DNA of 59,088 bases. Origin: Elainellaceae cyanobacterium (GTDB lineage Bacteria > Cyanobacteriota > Cyanobacteriia > CAKZMO01). The notes below the pieces were generated by a model. That model saw only the letters and a program-made list of their open reading frames with translations. It was not told the DNA's origin and did no database searches. Within the stretch, counting starts at the first letter, position 1. Each line of letters begins with the position of its first letter. Shown here piece after piece: positions 36,048-46,273 of the stretch. The stretch is taken from positions 1 to 59,088 of the forward strand of contig JBHJGR010000073.1 of assembly GCA_050331615.1 (NCBI GenBank), read 5' to 3'. The translations under genes and the position numbers were made by a program.

Positions 36048-36470
36048 CTATTCATCTTCATCGGTATTAGCCGCCGAGCGATCGGGGAACTTACACTCCA
36101 CCTGCACCTTGATATTGCAGCTTGCAGTACCTGATGCAATGTATGGAATTCCAGTCTCGACGTCCACCGTAACGCCGAATTCTAGGGAGACCTTCTCCAC
36201 CTCCGCGAAAGCCACGTTTCGAAAAGCTCGTAGCGTATTGGTGGTGTAATTGCGGATGAGCGCATCCATAGACTGCCCCCGCATCTTCAGCCGGGTAGCC
36301 ATGCGGGCGGCGGCAACGCTGGGACTTTTGGCCGTGCGCGTAATTTCCTCTTCGTCCTCTTCGTCATAGCCATCCAGGTTTACTGCCACTTCTGAAACAT
36401 CCAGTTCGCCAGACGCTTCCAGGTAGACGATGCTGCCGTCCCCTAGCTCTATCGGTTTTAGCTTGCCCAT
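36048..36470 (-). CDS. Trypco2-like (CU044_2847-family-like) small protein
   Basis: MGKLKPIELGDGSIVYLEASGE... at the N-terminus and EVEKVSLEFGVTVDVETGIPYIASGTASCNIKVQVECKF at the C-terminus match my recollection of the trypsin-co-occurring domain 2. The start is ATG 36470 or 36497. Sequence further upstream is REP-C. Confidence 0.5.
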   Translation of the reverse strand: MGKLKPIELGDGSIVYLEASGELDVSEVAVNLDGYDEEDEEEITRTAKSPSVAAARMATRLKMRGQSMDALIRNYTTNTLRAFRNVAFAEVEKVSLEFGVTVDVETGIPYIASGTASCNIKVQVECKFPDRSAANTDEDE

Positions 36471-36517
36471 CCAGGTATCTCCATGTAGTTGAGTCATGCG
36501 ATCTAATGTACTTCTTA

Positions 36518-36585
36518 AGGTGTGCGCCCCCGCCGAGGGTGCACGCCTCCACAAGATGTAACTAACCGCGCTTCAGCACTTAAGT
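36518..36585 (-). repeat. REP-C element (hairpin + B arm)
   Basis: GGTGTGCGCCCCCGCCGAGGGTGCACGCC...GATGTAACTAACCGCGCTTCAGCACTTAAGT. It directly abuts MITE-B. Confidence 0.7.
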
Positions 36586-36667
36586 AGGTCAGCACAATTA
36601 AATTCATATTAGAAAACCGGGCGCTCCCCCGGTTTTCTAACCTTCGTTTCTCAATGCAGCTCTACTT
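36582..36667 (+). mobile_element. MITE-B copy
   Basis: AAGTAGGTCAGCACAATTAAATTCATATTAGAAAACCGGGCGCTCCCCCGGTTTTCTAACCTTCGTTTCTCAATGCAGCTCTACTT. Confidence 0.8.
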
Positions 36668-37204
36668 ATCTTTACCAGAATCGGTAAAGACGTAACAAAT
36701 TAGCGACTAAGTTTTCGTAATCCAACCTTTTACTCGGTTAGTTTTATTCTTCGCTGGGCATCATACCTTTATATGACACAACTCTGTGGCATTACGTACT
36801 GCAATGTCGGTACCGCATTAGAATTAGCCCCCTTCGCAGCATTGCGCCTGAACAATTAGAACCCATATTGGCAATTTACGCCCTCGAAACTCTATGCCCT
36901 AAGATCTCGGGCTGCGGTCTGCACGTTTAGGAAATCTGCGCTTCTAATGCTAGAAGATTAGCTCTACTTGAACTACGTCCATAGAAACGCGCATAGCCTC
37001 GATGAACAGATTTTACCCAGTCAGTGATTGGGTGAAGAATTCAATGCTTTTTTCTAGGGAAACAGTTAATTATTTTAGCCAATTTGTGTTTCTCGGCATA
37101 GCGATTGGTGGGTGAATGCTGACTGGCGATCGCCCATTTCCTATCTACTTCGCGGCTATCCATCTAATCAAACGACATCTATCCAGCGAGAGGAATTTTC
37201 CCTT

Positions 37205-40200
37205 ATGGTTCTCAACTACTCCAACAATCAGGCCGGCATCTGCTTCATCGATACCAATGTTCCAGATTACGAAGTCTTACTTAAGGGCGTGCATCCTGCC
37301 GTTGAGGTGATTCTGCTAACTCCCGACCAGGATGGTCTACATCAAATTACAGAAGCCCTGGCGACCCGTCCGGATATTTCCACCATTCACATCGTCGCCC
37401 ACGGCTCCCCCGGCACCCTCCACCTGGGCAACACCGAACTCAGCCTCACCACCCTCGACCGCTACACCCAGGACCTCAAGGCTTGGTTTAATCCCAAATC
37501 CCAAATCCAAAATCCAAAATCCCACCCGGCTGGGTTCCATCCAAAATCCAAAATCCCAAATCCAAAATCCCAAATTCTTCTCTACGCCTGCAACGTCGCC
37601 GCCGGAGACGCCGGAGAGGAATTTATCACCAAGCTCCATCAAGTAACTGGAGCCAATATTGCGGCTTCCACCACCCGTATCGGCAGCGCTGCGCTGGGAG
37701 GTAACTGGAACCTGGATTACTGTGCTGGTCGTCCCAGTGGGGCGATCGCGTTTACCCAGTCCGTGCAACGGACTTACGCAGGCATATTGAGCATTACTCT
37801 TGACCTGGATGCTAACGACGATAGCGGCATTACGGGTATCGATAGCCGGGCTTCATTTGGCGCGGGAGGTACCCCAGTAGCGATCGCCATTGACCCAGCA
37901 ATCACTGACAACGACGACACTATTACTGACGCAACCATTACCCTCACGAATCCCCAAGCAGGCGATATCCTCTCTGGAGTCGACATTCCAACCGGCACAG
38001 GTATCACGGCTTCTGCTGACGGCACTACCGTTACTCTCAGCGGGACAGGAACGGTGGCAGAATATCAGGCTGCGATCGCCGCCATCACCTTTGATAATCC
38101 AAATGCGAATCTCGATCCGCGCAATCGCACGGTTGAAGTGACTGTCAATGACGCCACTACCACCAGCAAAACGGCTACCACCTTTATTATTGTTGACGCT
38201 GATACTGATGGCGATGGCATCAGCAACCCCGTTGACCTGGACGATGATAACGACGGCATTTTGGACGTGGATGAGCGGGGCAAGGTCGCTGTCATCGACT
38301 CCATCGACTTCGCAACTGGTACCGATATTTCCACCTTTAATGTTACCTATACACCAGCTGCCGGAAATAATCGGGCTGTAATCCTAGTTCTAGCCTCAGA
38401 GAACACCATCCCCAATCCGCGAAATGCTCAAAACGCCACAATTCAAGACGCGACGGTGACGCTGGGCGGTGTGCAGATGACCCAGGTAGCGCTGGACTAT
38501 GGCATATATGACCCAACTAAGAACGATACCAACTTTTTAGCGGCGTACCTATTGACGGAAGAGCAACTGCAAACAGTTTCAGGAAATACTCTGACCATCA
38601 ATACTGTAAACGTCGCTCAGGAATTTAACGGATACCTAGCAACGCTGGAGAACTTTGAGCAGAGGCTGTCAACCGCGCTGTTTGACGTAGAACCCACTGA
38701 AACTAATAACGTTTCCTGGTCATCACCACCAGTTACTGCCGAGAATAGTGACGTACTGCTATATTTCACCAACAGCGGCTCATCCGGCGCAACCTACGAC
38801 TTCGATCAGGGCACTGAGATTGTTGAAACAGGCGGAAGTGGGTCGAGCCTCGGCGGCTCTTTGGTGGAAATCGATGCCGATGGGACGTATACCCTCACTG
38901 GAACAACATCCACAACGAGGCGCAGTAGCGGTATTGTGCTGCGCCTGAAGTCCATAACTGACACTGATGGTGACGGGATTGCAAATCACCTCGATCTGGA
39001 TTCGGATAACGACGGTATCAGCGACCTGGTAGAAAGTGGTCAAGATGCGGCTATCGTAGACACCAATAATGATGGCATTCTCGACAGCACCACTGATGCC
39101 GACAGTGATGGTTTACAGGCCACTGCTGATGCAGATGACAGTGACGTTGCTTCGGGCGGAACCGTTATTCCTGCCGACAGCGAAACGACTCCAGACAGCA
39201 TTCCTGACTATCTCGATCTCGACTCGGACAACGATGGCATTCCTGACACGGTGGAAGCCCGGTCAACCGCTGGCTATACTGCTAATGATGGTGACATCAC
39301 GGATAACGATGCTGATGGTGACGGAGTCATCGACCTGTTCGATGCCAACGATGGCACCACGGGCGACTTTGGCGGCACTTTTGCAACCCCCGTCAACACT
39401 GACGGTACGGATAATCCCGACTATATCGATAATGATTCAGACAATGATGGTAACAATGACGCGGTTGAGTCGGGCCTTACCCCCGGAGCAGATAGCAACG
39501 GTGACGGGATTGGTGATGGCGTAGGGGCGAGCTATGCCGACCCCGATGGTAATGTTGATGCGCCGCTTACGAACTTAGACAATACTGACTTAGCCCCGTC
39601 CGACGCCGACTATCGCAGCCTGGATGCCGCCCCACCCTTCATCGATCTTAACGCCACAACTAACTTAACCTTCAGTAATGTTGAGAACGCAACCCCTGGG
39701 GAAGGCGGTACGGCTCGCTATACCAACGTCGGTATGACGACGACGGGGGCGGCGATCGATATGCTGGCGACCATCGTCTCGATTGCCAACCCGGACCCTG
39801 GCGAAGGGACAAATCCCGACCGGACGGTTGTATTTTCGGTCGATGGGACTAATGATTTCAAAATCGATGTTCCAGGACAGGCCGGAAACAGAGTCGAAGT
39901 TCTGGTTGAATATCAATTTGTGCTGGCAGGCACTGATACACCAGTTAATGTTCCAGAATTCAAGTTCACCATCAAAGACTTTGATGATTTAACATCTAAT
40001 AGCAACAATCGAAGGATCGAAAGCGTCATTGCCTCTGGGATTTCTAGCTACGCAGTTAATGACCCCACTGAAGTTGCCATTAGCCAGCCGACCGCAGATA
40101 CCTATGAGTTCCAGGGCACTACAGTAAATGATGAGACCGACAAGGATGCAGCAGCCGAGCTGATTTATAACACGACGTCCACCTTCCGCTTGACATACGT

Positions 40201-43200
40201 ATCCGACTTTCAGGACACCAGCAAGGCGGGCTTTGTCCATGATGGAGATGGAGAATTCACGCTTGATTCTCCCCAAATCACTGTTCTAGACGAAACTATC
40301 AACGATTACAGCACCACTTTCACCGAGGATGGCCCTGCGGTTAACGTTGCTGACGCTACTGCCGCCGATGTCAATGACTTTACCGAGAATGACGTCACCA
40401 GCCTGAGAATTGTGGCTGACCCAACCAGGGTCATTGATGGTGGAGCTGAAATCGTTACCATCGGCGGCACAGACTTTCCTCTGGATACCAATGCTGGCAC
40501 TCCTGTCCAGATAACAGTGGGCACCACCACCATCGACATCACTTACGACAGCACTACAGGAACTTTCGACCTTGTTGAAAACGGTGGCGATGGAATCCTG
40601 GCCCAGGAAGATTTGGATACCCTGCTGCGCGGCATCACCTATCGGAATACCTCAGATAATCCAACGGTGGGCGATCGCACTTTGGTCTTCACTGCCACCG
40701 ATTCCTCTGGCTCAACCAGCACCCCAACGGCGGTATCTACTATCGCGGTCGTTCCGGTAAATGACCCACCAGTTCTAGACCTGGATGGCGATGACAGTAC
40801 GGCGGCGGATGCCGACTATCGAACTGTCTTTACGGAAGGTGGCGGTGGGGTGGCGATCGCCGACAGTGACACCACCATCACCGATGCAGACAACAGCACT
40901 CTCACCGGAGCTACCATTACCCTGACAAATGCCCAGGTCGGAGACGTCCTCTCTGGGGCATCAATTCCCGGTGGTAGTGGGATTAGCGTTGATCCGTCTT
41001 CGACAAATAGCCAAATTGTCCTGACTGGAACTGGAACGATAGATGAGTATGAGGCGGCGATCGCTGCTATTACCTTTAATAATCTGCAGGCTAATCCGAA
41101 TATCGCTGACCGCACTATTGAAGTAGTGGTCAATGATGGCACTATCGACAGTAACATCGCCACAACTACCATCACAGTAGCAGTTCCACCCGTCGCTCAA
41201 GATGACAGCCCGGTGGCCTCAGTGGGCAATCCCATCACCTTTGACCCGCTGACCAACGACAGCGACAGCGACGGCAGCCTTGACCCAACAACGGTGCAGC
41301 TGATTGACCCCGATACCGGCAACCCCCTGACCTCCCTCACGGTCCCTGGCGAGGGCACCTGGAGCGTTGACCCCACCTCAGGCGACATCACCTTCACCCC
41401 CGATGCAGGCTTCACGGACGACCCTACCCCCGTCAGCTACACGGTGGCCGACAACGACGGCAATACTTCCAACCCGGCCACCATCACCATTGACTACCAG
41501 GAAGGGCCAGCGGCTCAAGATGACAGCCCGGTAGCCTCAGTGGGCAATCCCATCACCTTCGACCCGCTGACCAACGACAGCGACAGCGATGGGAGCCTGG
41601 ATCCCACCTCTGTCCAACTGATTGACCCCGATACGGGTAACCCAGTCCCCTCCCACACCGTTGCTGCCGAGGGCACCTGGAGCGTTGACCCCACCTCAGG
41701 CCACATCACCTTCACACCCGATGCAGGCTTCACGGACGACCCTACCACCGTCAGCTACACGGTGGAAGAAAAAGACGGCAATACTTCCAACCCGGCCCCC
41801 ATCACCATTGACTACCAGGAAGGGCCAGCGGCTCAAGATGACAGCCCGGTGGCCTCAGTGGGCAATCCCATCACCTTCGACCCGCTGACCAACGACAGCG
41901 ACAGCGACGGGAGCCTTGACCCGACAACGGTGCAGCTGATTGACCCCGATACCGGCAACCCCCTGACCTCCCTCACCGTTCCCAGCGAGGGCACCTGGAG
42001 CGTTGACCCCACCTCAGGCGAGATCACCTTCACCCCCGATGCAGGCTTCACGGACGACCCTACCCCCGTCACCTACACGGTGGACGACAACGACGGCAAT
42101 ACTTCCAACCCGGCCACCATCACCATCGACTACCAGGAAGGGCCGGTGGCCAGCGATGACAGCCCGGTAGCCTCGGTGGGCAACCCCGTCACCTTCGACC
42201 CGCTGACCAACGACAGCGACAGCGATGGGAGCCTGGATCCGACAACGGTGCAGCTGATTGACCCCGATACCGGCAACCCCCTGACCTCCCTCACCGTTCC
42301 CAGCGAGGGCACCTGGAGCGTTGACCCCACCTCCGGGGAGATCACCTTCACCCCCGATGCAGGCTTTACCGGCGACCCCACCCCCATCACCTACACGGTG
42401 GACGACAACGACGGCAACACTTCCAACCCGGCCACCATCACTATCGACTACCAGGAAGGGCCGGTGGCCAGCGATGACAGCCCGGTGGCCTCGGTGGGCA
42501 ATCCCGTCACCTTCGACCCGCTGACCAACGACAGCGACAGCGACGGGAGCCTTGACCCAACAACGGTGCAGCTGATTGACCCCGATACCGGCAACCCCCT
42601 GACCTCCCTCACCGTTCCCAGCGAGGGCACCTGGAGCGTTGACCCCACCTCCGGCGACATCACCTTCACCCCCGATGCAGGCTTCACGGGTGACCCTACC
42701 CCCGTCACCTACACGGTGGACGACAACGACGGCAACACTTCCAACCCGGCCACCATCACTATCGACTACCAGGAAGGGCCGGTGGCCAGCGATGACAGCC
42801 CGGTAGCCTCGGTGGGCAATCCCATCACCTTCGACCCGCTGACCAACGACAGCGACAGCGACGGGAGTCTTGACCCAACAACGGTGCAGCTGATTGACCC
42901 CGATACCGGCAACCCCCTGACCTCCCTCACCGTTCCTGGCGAGGGCACCTGGAGCGTTGACCCCACCTCCGGCGACATCACCTTCACCCCCGATGCAGGC
43001 TTTACCGGCGACCCCACCCCCGTCAGCTACACAGTAGACGACAACGACGGCAATACTTCCAACCCGGCCACCATCACCATCGACTATCAGGAAGGGCCAG
43101 CGGCCAGCGATGACAGCCCGGTGGCCTCGGTGGGCAATCCCGTCACCTTCAGTCCGCTGACCAACGACAGCGACAGCGATGGCAGCCTTGACCCAACAAC

Positions 43201-45655
43201 GGTGCAGCTGATTGACCCCGATACCGGCAACCCCCTGACCTCCCTCACCGTTCCTGGCGAGGGCACCTGGAGCGTTGACCCCACCTCCGGCGAGATCACC
43301 TTCACCCCCGATGCAGGCTTCACGGGTGACCCTACCCCCGTCACCTACACGGTGGCCGACAACGACGGCAATACTTCCAACCCGGCCACCATCACCATCG
43401 ACTACCGCGCAACAAAAGATAGCGACAAAGATGGAATACCCGATGTTACCGACTTGGACGACGACAATGACGGTATTCTCGATACAGATGAGGAGCAGGG
43501 TGATCCCAATCGAGATACGGATGGGGATGGGATTGTCGATCGCCTCGACCTCGACAGCGATAACGATGGTATCAACGACCTCACAGAAGCAGGGCATGCA
43601 GCGGCAGATCCTGACCAGGACGGGCGGGTCAATGGGCCATTTGGTGCCAACGGATTTGCGGATTTACTGGAAACGGTTCCAGAAAGCGATCGCCCCAATT
43701 ACATTCCGACCGACACGGATAGAGACGGTGTAGCCGACTTCCAAGACCTTGATAGCGACAATGACGGCATCAATGACGTGATTGAGGCTGGAGGCAGTGA
43801 TCCAGACGGTGATGGCAAGATTGGCACCGGTTCTCCCGCCGATGCTGACAAAGATGGCATGGCGGACAGCTTGGCGACCGCACCATTGCCCGTGCCCGAT
43901 ACCGACGGCGACAATGTTGCTGATTATAGAGATCTAGATAGCGACAACGACGGCCTGAACGATGTGAGAGAAGCGGGCTTAACCGACGCCGATGGCGATG
44001 GCCAGGCAGACGGCCCAGATACCGACGGCGACGGGATTCGGGACATAGTTGATCAAAGTCCGAATACCTTTGGGGATAGCGGCAGTTCGGCTGTAGTCGA
44101 TACCGATGGTGACAATGTTGCCGACTACAAAGACCTGGATAGCGATGATGACGGCATCAACGACGTGGTGGAAGCTGGATTCCCTGACAACAACGGTGAC
44201 GGCGTTATAGACGATGGCGATACCGATGGTGATGGTATCAAAGATGCGGTCGATCAAAGTCCCAACAGCTTTGGCGACAGTGGCGATCGCCCCCCGCTCG
44301 ACACCGATGGCGACAACGTCCCCGACTACAAGGACCTAGACAGTGATAACGACGGCATCAAAGATATCGTGGAAGTGGGCCTCCCTGACCCTGAAGGAGA
44401 TGGTCGGCTTAGCGGTAGCGATACGGATGGGGACGGTATCAAGGATAGTGTAGACACGAATTCGTCTGGGTTTGGGGATATCAATGATCCGACCGCTACC
44501 GATACCGATGGCGATCGCGTCGCTGACTTCCGGGACTTGGATAGCGACAACGACGGCATCCCCGACGTCATTGAGGCCGGAGGCAGTGACCCTGACCAGG
44601 ACGGCATCATTGGTTCAGGTATTCCATCCGATATAGATAGTGACGGCGTTACCGATAGCATCGACCTTGATACCGGCGGCACCGCCCTACCCACCCCTGA
44701 CCAGGATGGGGATGGTAGCCCCGACTATCGGGATCTGGACAGCGACAACGATGGCGAAACGGACCTGAGCGAAAGCGGAGCCAACCTGCCCGATGCTAAT
44801 GGCGACGGCGTCGTAGACGGGCCAGATACGGATGGGGACGGTCTTGTAGACCTGGTAGATGGAGATGAAGGCACCTTTGGCAGCGGAGCCTTTTCAATCC
44901 AACCCCCGCAGGATACCGATGGCGACGGCATCCCTGATTTTCGAGAATTGCCCAATCCCAACGCCAGCGGCACCAAGGGGGCCGATAACCTAACGGGGAC
45001 CGATAGCAGCGACATTCTCAATGGGTTCAGCGATCTCGATATTCTTGATGGGGGCGGCGGCAACGACCTGATCAACGGCGGTAGCAGTAAAGACAGATTG
45101 GTTGGAGGTGAGGGGAATGACGTTCTAAATGGCGGCACCAATAACGATTTGATGACTGCGGGCCTTGGGGATGATGTGCTCAACGGCGGCAGCGGCAACG
45201 ATCGCATGTTTGGCAACGACGGCAACGATATCTTGAACGGCAGTCAAGGGAAAGACAAGCTCATTGGCCGCACAGCACCCGGGAATGTGAATCCGGGCGG
45301 TGGCCGCGATCGCCTCTTTGGTGGCGAAGACAGAGATATCATTCGCGGCAACGCCGGGAACGACCTAATTGTTGGGGGCTTTGGCAAAGACGAACTCACA
45401 GGCGGTCAGGGCAAAGACAAGTTCCGCTATCAGGACATCAAAGACTTCGGGGATGTGATCACCGACTTCGAAATTGTCAAAGATCGAATTGACCTGAGAA
45501 AGATAAAGAGCATCAATAGCCTGGGAGATCTCAAGTTCCGACAAAGAGGTGACGATGTGCTGATTCGGGGCGATCGCGGCAGCGGCTTTGGGAAGCTGGT
45601 CACCCTTGAGGACGTCAATGCCGATACCCTGAGCGATCGCCACTTCAAACTCTAG
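37205..45655 (+). CDS. giant secreted adhesin-like protein: DUF4347 N-domain, cadherin-like modules, TSP3-type Ca-binding repeats, 7 CshA-type repeats, RTX nonapeptides, T1SS C-terminal target domain
   Basis: [15 protein letters not shown]...[14 protein letters not shown]...[18 protein letters not shown]...GGNWNLDY is a DUF4347 domain. Many DxDxDGxxDxxD repeats are present. [32 protein letters not shown] is an RTX block. The C-terminus reads [15 protein letters not shown]...[15 protein letters not shown] prefer ATG 37205 inside ORF 37112..45655. Confidence 0.9.
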   Translation: MVLNYSNNQAGICFIDTNVPDYEVLLKGVHPAVEVILLTPDQDGLHQITEALATRPDISTIHIVAHGSPGTLHLGNTELSLTTLDRYTQDLKAWFNPKSQIQNPKSHPAGFHPKSKIPNPKSQILLYACNVAAGDAGEEFITKLHQVTGANIAASTTRIGSAALGGNWNLDYCAGRPSGAIAFTQSVQRTYAGILSITLDLDANDDSGITGIDSRASFGAGGTPVAIAIDPAITDNDDTITDATITLTNPQAGDILSGVDIPTGTGITASADGTTVTLSGTGTVAEYQAAIAAITFDNPNANLDPRNRTVEVTVNDATTTSKTATTFIIVDADTDGDGISNPVDLDDDNDGILDVDERGKVAVIDSIDFATGTDISTFNVTYTPAAGNNRAVILVLASENTIPNPRNAQNATIQDATVTLGGVQMTQVALDYGIYDPTKNDTNFLAAYLLTEEQLQTVSGNTLTINTVNVAQEFNGYLATLENFEQRLSTALFDVEPTETNNVSWSSPPVTAENSDVLLYFTNSGSSGATYDFDQGTEIVETGGSGSSLGGSLVEIDADGTYTLTGTTSTTRRSSGIVLRLKSITDTDGDGIANHLDLDSDNDGISDLVESGQDAAIVDTNNDGILDSTTDADSDGLQATADADDSDVASGGTVIPADSETTPDSIPDYLDLDSDNDGIPDTVEARSTAGYTANDGDITDNDADGDGVIDLFDANDGTTGDFGGTFATPVNTDGTDNPDYIDNDSDNDGNNDAVESGLTPGADSNGDGIGDGVGASYADPDGNVDAPLTNLDNTDLAPSDADYRSLDAAPPFIDLNATTNLTFSNVENATPGEGGTARYTNVGMTTTGAAIDMLATIVSIANPDPGEGTNPDRTVVFSVDGTNDFKIDVPGQAGNRVEVLVEYQFVLAGTDTPVNVPEFKFTIKDFDDLTSNSNNRRIESVIASGISSYAVNDPTEVAISQPTADTYEFQGTTVNDETDKDAAAELIYNTTSTFRLTYVSDFQDTSKAGFVHDGDGEFTLDSPQITVLDETINDYSTTFTEDGPAVNVADATAADVNDFTENDVTSLRIVADPTRVIDGGAEIVTIGGTDFPLDTNAGTPVQITVGTTTIDITYDSTTGTFDLVENGGDGILAQEDLDTLLRGITYRNTSDNPTVGDRTLVFTATDSSGSTSTPTAVSTIAVVPVNDPPVLDLDGDDSTAADADYRTVFTEGGGGVAIADSDTTITDADNSTLTGATITLTNAQVGDVLSGASIPGGSGISVDPSSTNSQIVLTGTGTIDEYEAAIAAITFNNLQANPNIADRTIEVVVNDGTIDSNIATTTITVAVPPVAQDDSPVASVGNPITFDPLTNDSDSDGSLDPTTVQLIDPDTGNPLTSLTVPGEGTWSVDPTSGDITFTPDAGFTDDPTPVSYTVADNDGNTSNPATITIDYQEGPAAQDDSPVASVGNPITFDPLTNDSDSDGSLDPTSVQLIDPDTGNPVPSHTVAAEGTWSVDPTSGHITFTPDAGFTDDPTTVSYTVEEKDGNTSNPAPITIDYQEGPAAQDDSPVASVGNPITFDPLTNDSDSDGSLDPTTVQLIDPDTGNPLTSLTVPSEGTWSVDPTSGEITFTPDAGFTDDPTPVTYTVDDNDGNTSNPATITIDYQEGPVASDDSPVASVGNPVTFDPLTNDSDSDGSLDPTTVQLIDPDTGNPLTSLTVPSEGTWSVDPTSGEITFTPDAGFTGDPTPITYTVDDNDGNTSNPATITIDYQEGPVASDDSPVASVGNPVTFDPLTNDSDSDGSLDPTTVQLIDPDTGNPLTSLTVPSEGTWSVDPTSGDITFTPDAGFTGDPTPVTYTVDDNDGNTSNPATITIDYQEGPVASDDSPVASVGNPITFDPLTNDSDSDGSLDPTTVQLIDPDTGNPLTSLTVPGEGTWSVDPTSGDITFTPDAGFTGDPTPVSYTVDDNDGNTSNPATITIDYQEGPAASDDSPVASVGNPVTFSPLTNDSDSDGSLDPTTVQLIDPDTGNPLTSLTVPGEGTWSVDPTSGEITFTPDAGFTGDPTPVTYTVADNDGNTSNPATITIDYRATKDSDKDGIPDVTDLDDDNDGILDTDEEQGDPNRDTDGDGIVDRLDLDSDNDGINDLTEAGHAAADPDQDGRVNGPFGANGFADLLETVPESDRPNYIPTDTDRDGVADFQDLDSDNDGINDVIEAGGSDPDGDGKIGTGSPADADKDGMADSLATAPLPVPDTDGDNVADYRDLDSDNDGLNDVREAGLTDADGDGQADGPDTDGDGIRDIVDQSPNTFGDSGSSAVVDTDGDNVADYKDLDSDDDGINDVVEAGFPDNNGDGVIDDGDTDGDGIKDAVDQSPNSFGDSGDRPPLDTDGDNVPDYKDLDSDNDGIKDIVEVGLPDPEGDGRLSGSDTDGDGIKDSVDTNSSGFGDINDPTATDTDGDRVADFRDLDSDNDGIPDVIEAGGSDPDQDGIIGSGIPSDIDSDGVTDSIDLDTGGTALPTPDQDGDGSPDYRDLDSDNDGETDLSESGANLPDANGDGVVDGPDTDGDGLVDLVDGDEGTFGSGAFSIQPPQDTDGDGIPDFRELPNPNASGTKGADNLTGTDSSDILNGFSDLDILDGGGGNDLINGGSSKDRLVGGEGNDVLNGGTNNDLMTAGLGDDVLNGGSGNDRMFGNDGNDILNGSQGKDKLIGRTAPGNVNPGGGRDRLFGGEDRDIIRGNAGNDLIVGGFGKDELTGGQGKDKFRYQDIKDFGDVITDFEIVKDRIDLRKIKSINSLGDLKFRQRGDDVLIRGDRGSGFGKLVTLEDVNADTLSDRHFKL
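37490..37576 (+). repeat. 87-bp low-complexity (CCAAAAT/CCCAAAT)n element inserted in frame in the DUF4347 domain
   Basis: AATCCCAAATCCCAAATCCAAAATCCAAAATCCCACCCGGCTGGGTTCCATCCAAAATCCAAAATCCCAAATCCAAAATCCCAAATT encodes [29 protein letters not shown]. Confidence 0.8.
41195..43420 (+). repeat. seven tandem 318-bp (106-aa) coding repeats (CshA-type / Ig-like adhesin repeat)
   Basis: GCTCAAGATGACAGCCCGGT recurs at 41195 and 41513, and related unit starts follow every 318 bp. The unit is [103 protein letters not shown]. Confidence 0.92.
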
Positions 45656-45678
45656 GCGTGGGTACCTGAGGAGAACTA

Positions 45679-45765
45679 TAGCGCTACGCTTTCGTGTTAG
45701 GACGCTTAAGAGGTGTGCCCCCCCGCGTCGCGGGGGAGCCACACTCAAACCTTGGCCCGTAGGGC
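45679..45765 (+). repeat. REP-D element (copy 3)
   Basis: TAGCGCTACGCTTTCGTGTTAGGACGCTTAAGAGGTGTGCCCCCCCGCGTCGCGGGGGAGCCACACTCAAACCTTGGCCCGTAGGGC. It begins 24 nt after the adhesin stop. Confidence 0.85.
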
Positions 45766-45790
45766 CATACAAAATCAGGCGAAATTGATT

Positions 45791-45838
45791 AAAAAAGTCT
45801 GCTGAATGCCTAAATTTTCGCATCCAGCGGGCTTTTTT
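45791..45838 (+). terminator. intrinsic terminator-like hairpin flanked by A6/T6 runs
   Basis: AAAAAAGTCTGCTGAATGC-ctaaattttc-GCATCCAGCGGGCTTTTTT. The long stem has one mismatch and two G-U pairs, followed by a T6 tract. It lies downstream of the giant gene. Confidence 0.5.
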
Positions 45839-45913
45839 ATGCTAAATATTCTTTCAGTCGTATAATATCGCAGCTTTAATTTTTGCCTTTAACTCTCCTT
45901 AACTTCCCTGATG

Positions 45914-46000
45914 TAGCACGACGCATTGGCGTTAGGACATGATTGTGAACGAATCCTTCGCGCCGCGGGGGATTCGCTCACAAACCTGAGCCTGTAGGGC
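45914..46000 (+). repeat. REP-D element (copy 4, diverged)
   Basis: TAGCACGACGCATTGGCGTTAGGACATGATTGTGAACGAATCCTTCGCGCCGCGGGGGATTCGCTCACAAACCTGAGCCTGTAGGGC. Confidence 0.7.
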
Positions 46001-46273
46001 TAATAGCGATTTCTAGTCGCGTAAGACCCGGAGAGGCAGGGGCGCACTGTATTCCCACCTGTCTTGCTCCGACTCGCGCCAGAAACGCTGTGAAGCCACT
46101 TGTATAGGCTTACGTTTCCAAATAAACTGTGTAGGCTGATAGTTTCTAGGAGGAAAAAAGCTTTAGATTCTTCTTAGTTATCCCATACCAAAATACTCAT
46201 GGGGTCAGCCGGGGAAGGCTTATCGTGTCGGAATCAGGTGTGCATGCAAACCACTATGGATAACGAGGTAGCC

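Noticed and set aside
36668-37204. The long AT-rich leader of the giant adhesin gene was inspected for a c-di-GMP (GEMM) riboswitch or other structured RNA.
   Set aside because: Only a short hairpin (TCTTTACC-agaatc-GGTAAAGA, 36670-36691) was seen. No GEMM-like conserved core could be recognised by eye. A covariance-model scan (Rfam) would be needed.
41195-43420. A regular 318-bp periodicity that could be mistaken for a CRISPR-like or satellite array.
   Set aside because: The units are contiguous with no spacers. They are in frame and encode a recognisable adhesin repeat.
42014-43597. A 527-aa antisense ORF, plus a ladder of ~80-aa minus-strand ORFs (41197-43344) and plus-strand off-frame ORFs inside the adhesin repeat array.
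   Set aside because: They are periodic copies of one another, generated by the 318-bp coding repeats and the GC3 bias. Their composition is Gly/Val/Arg-rich and non-protein-like. They lie wholly inside a well-supported sense ORF.
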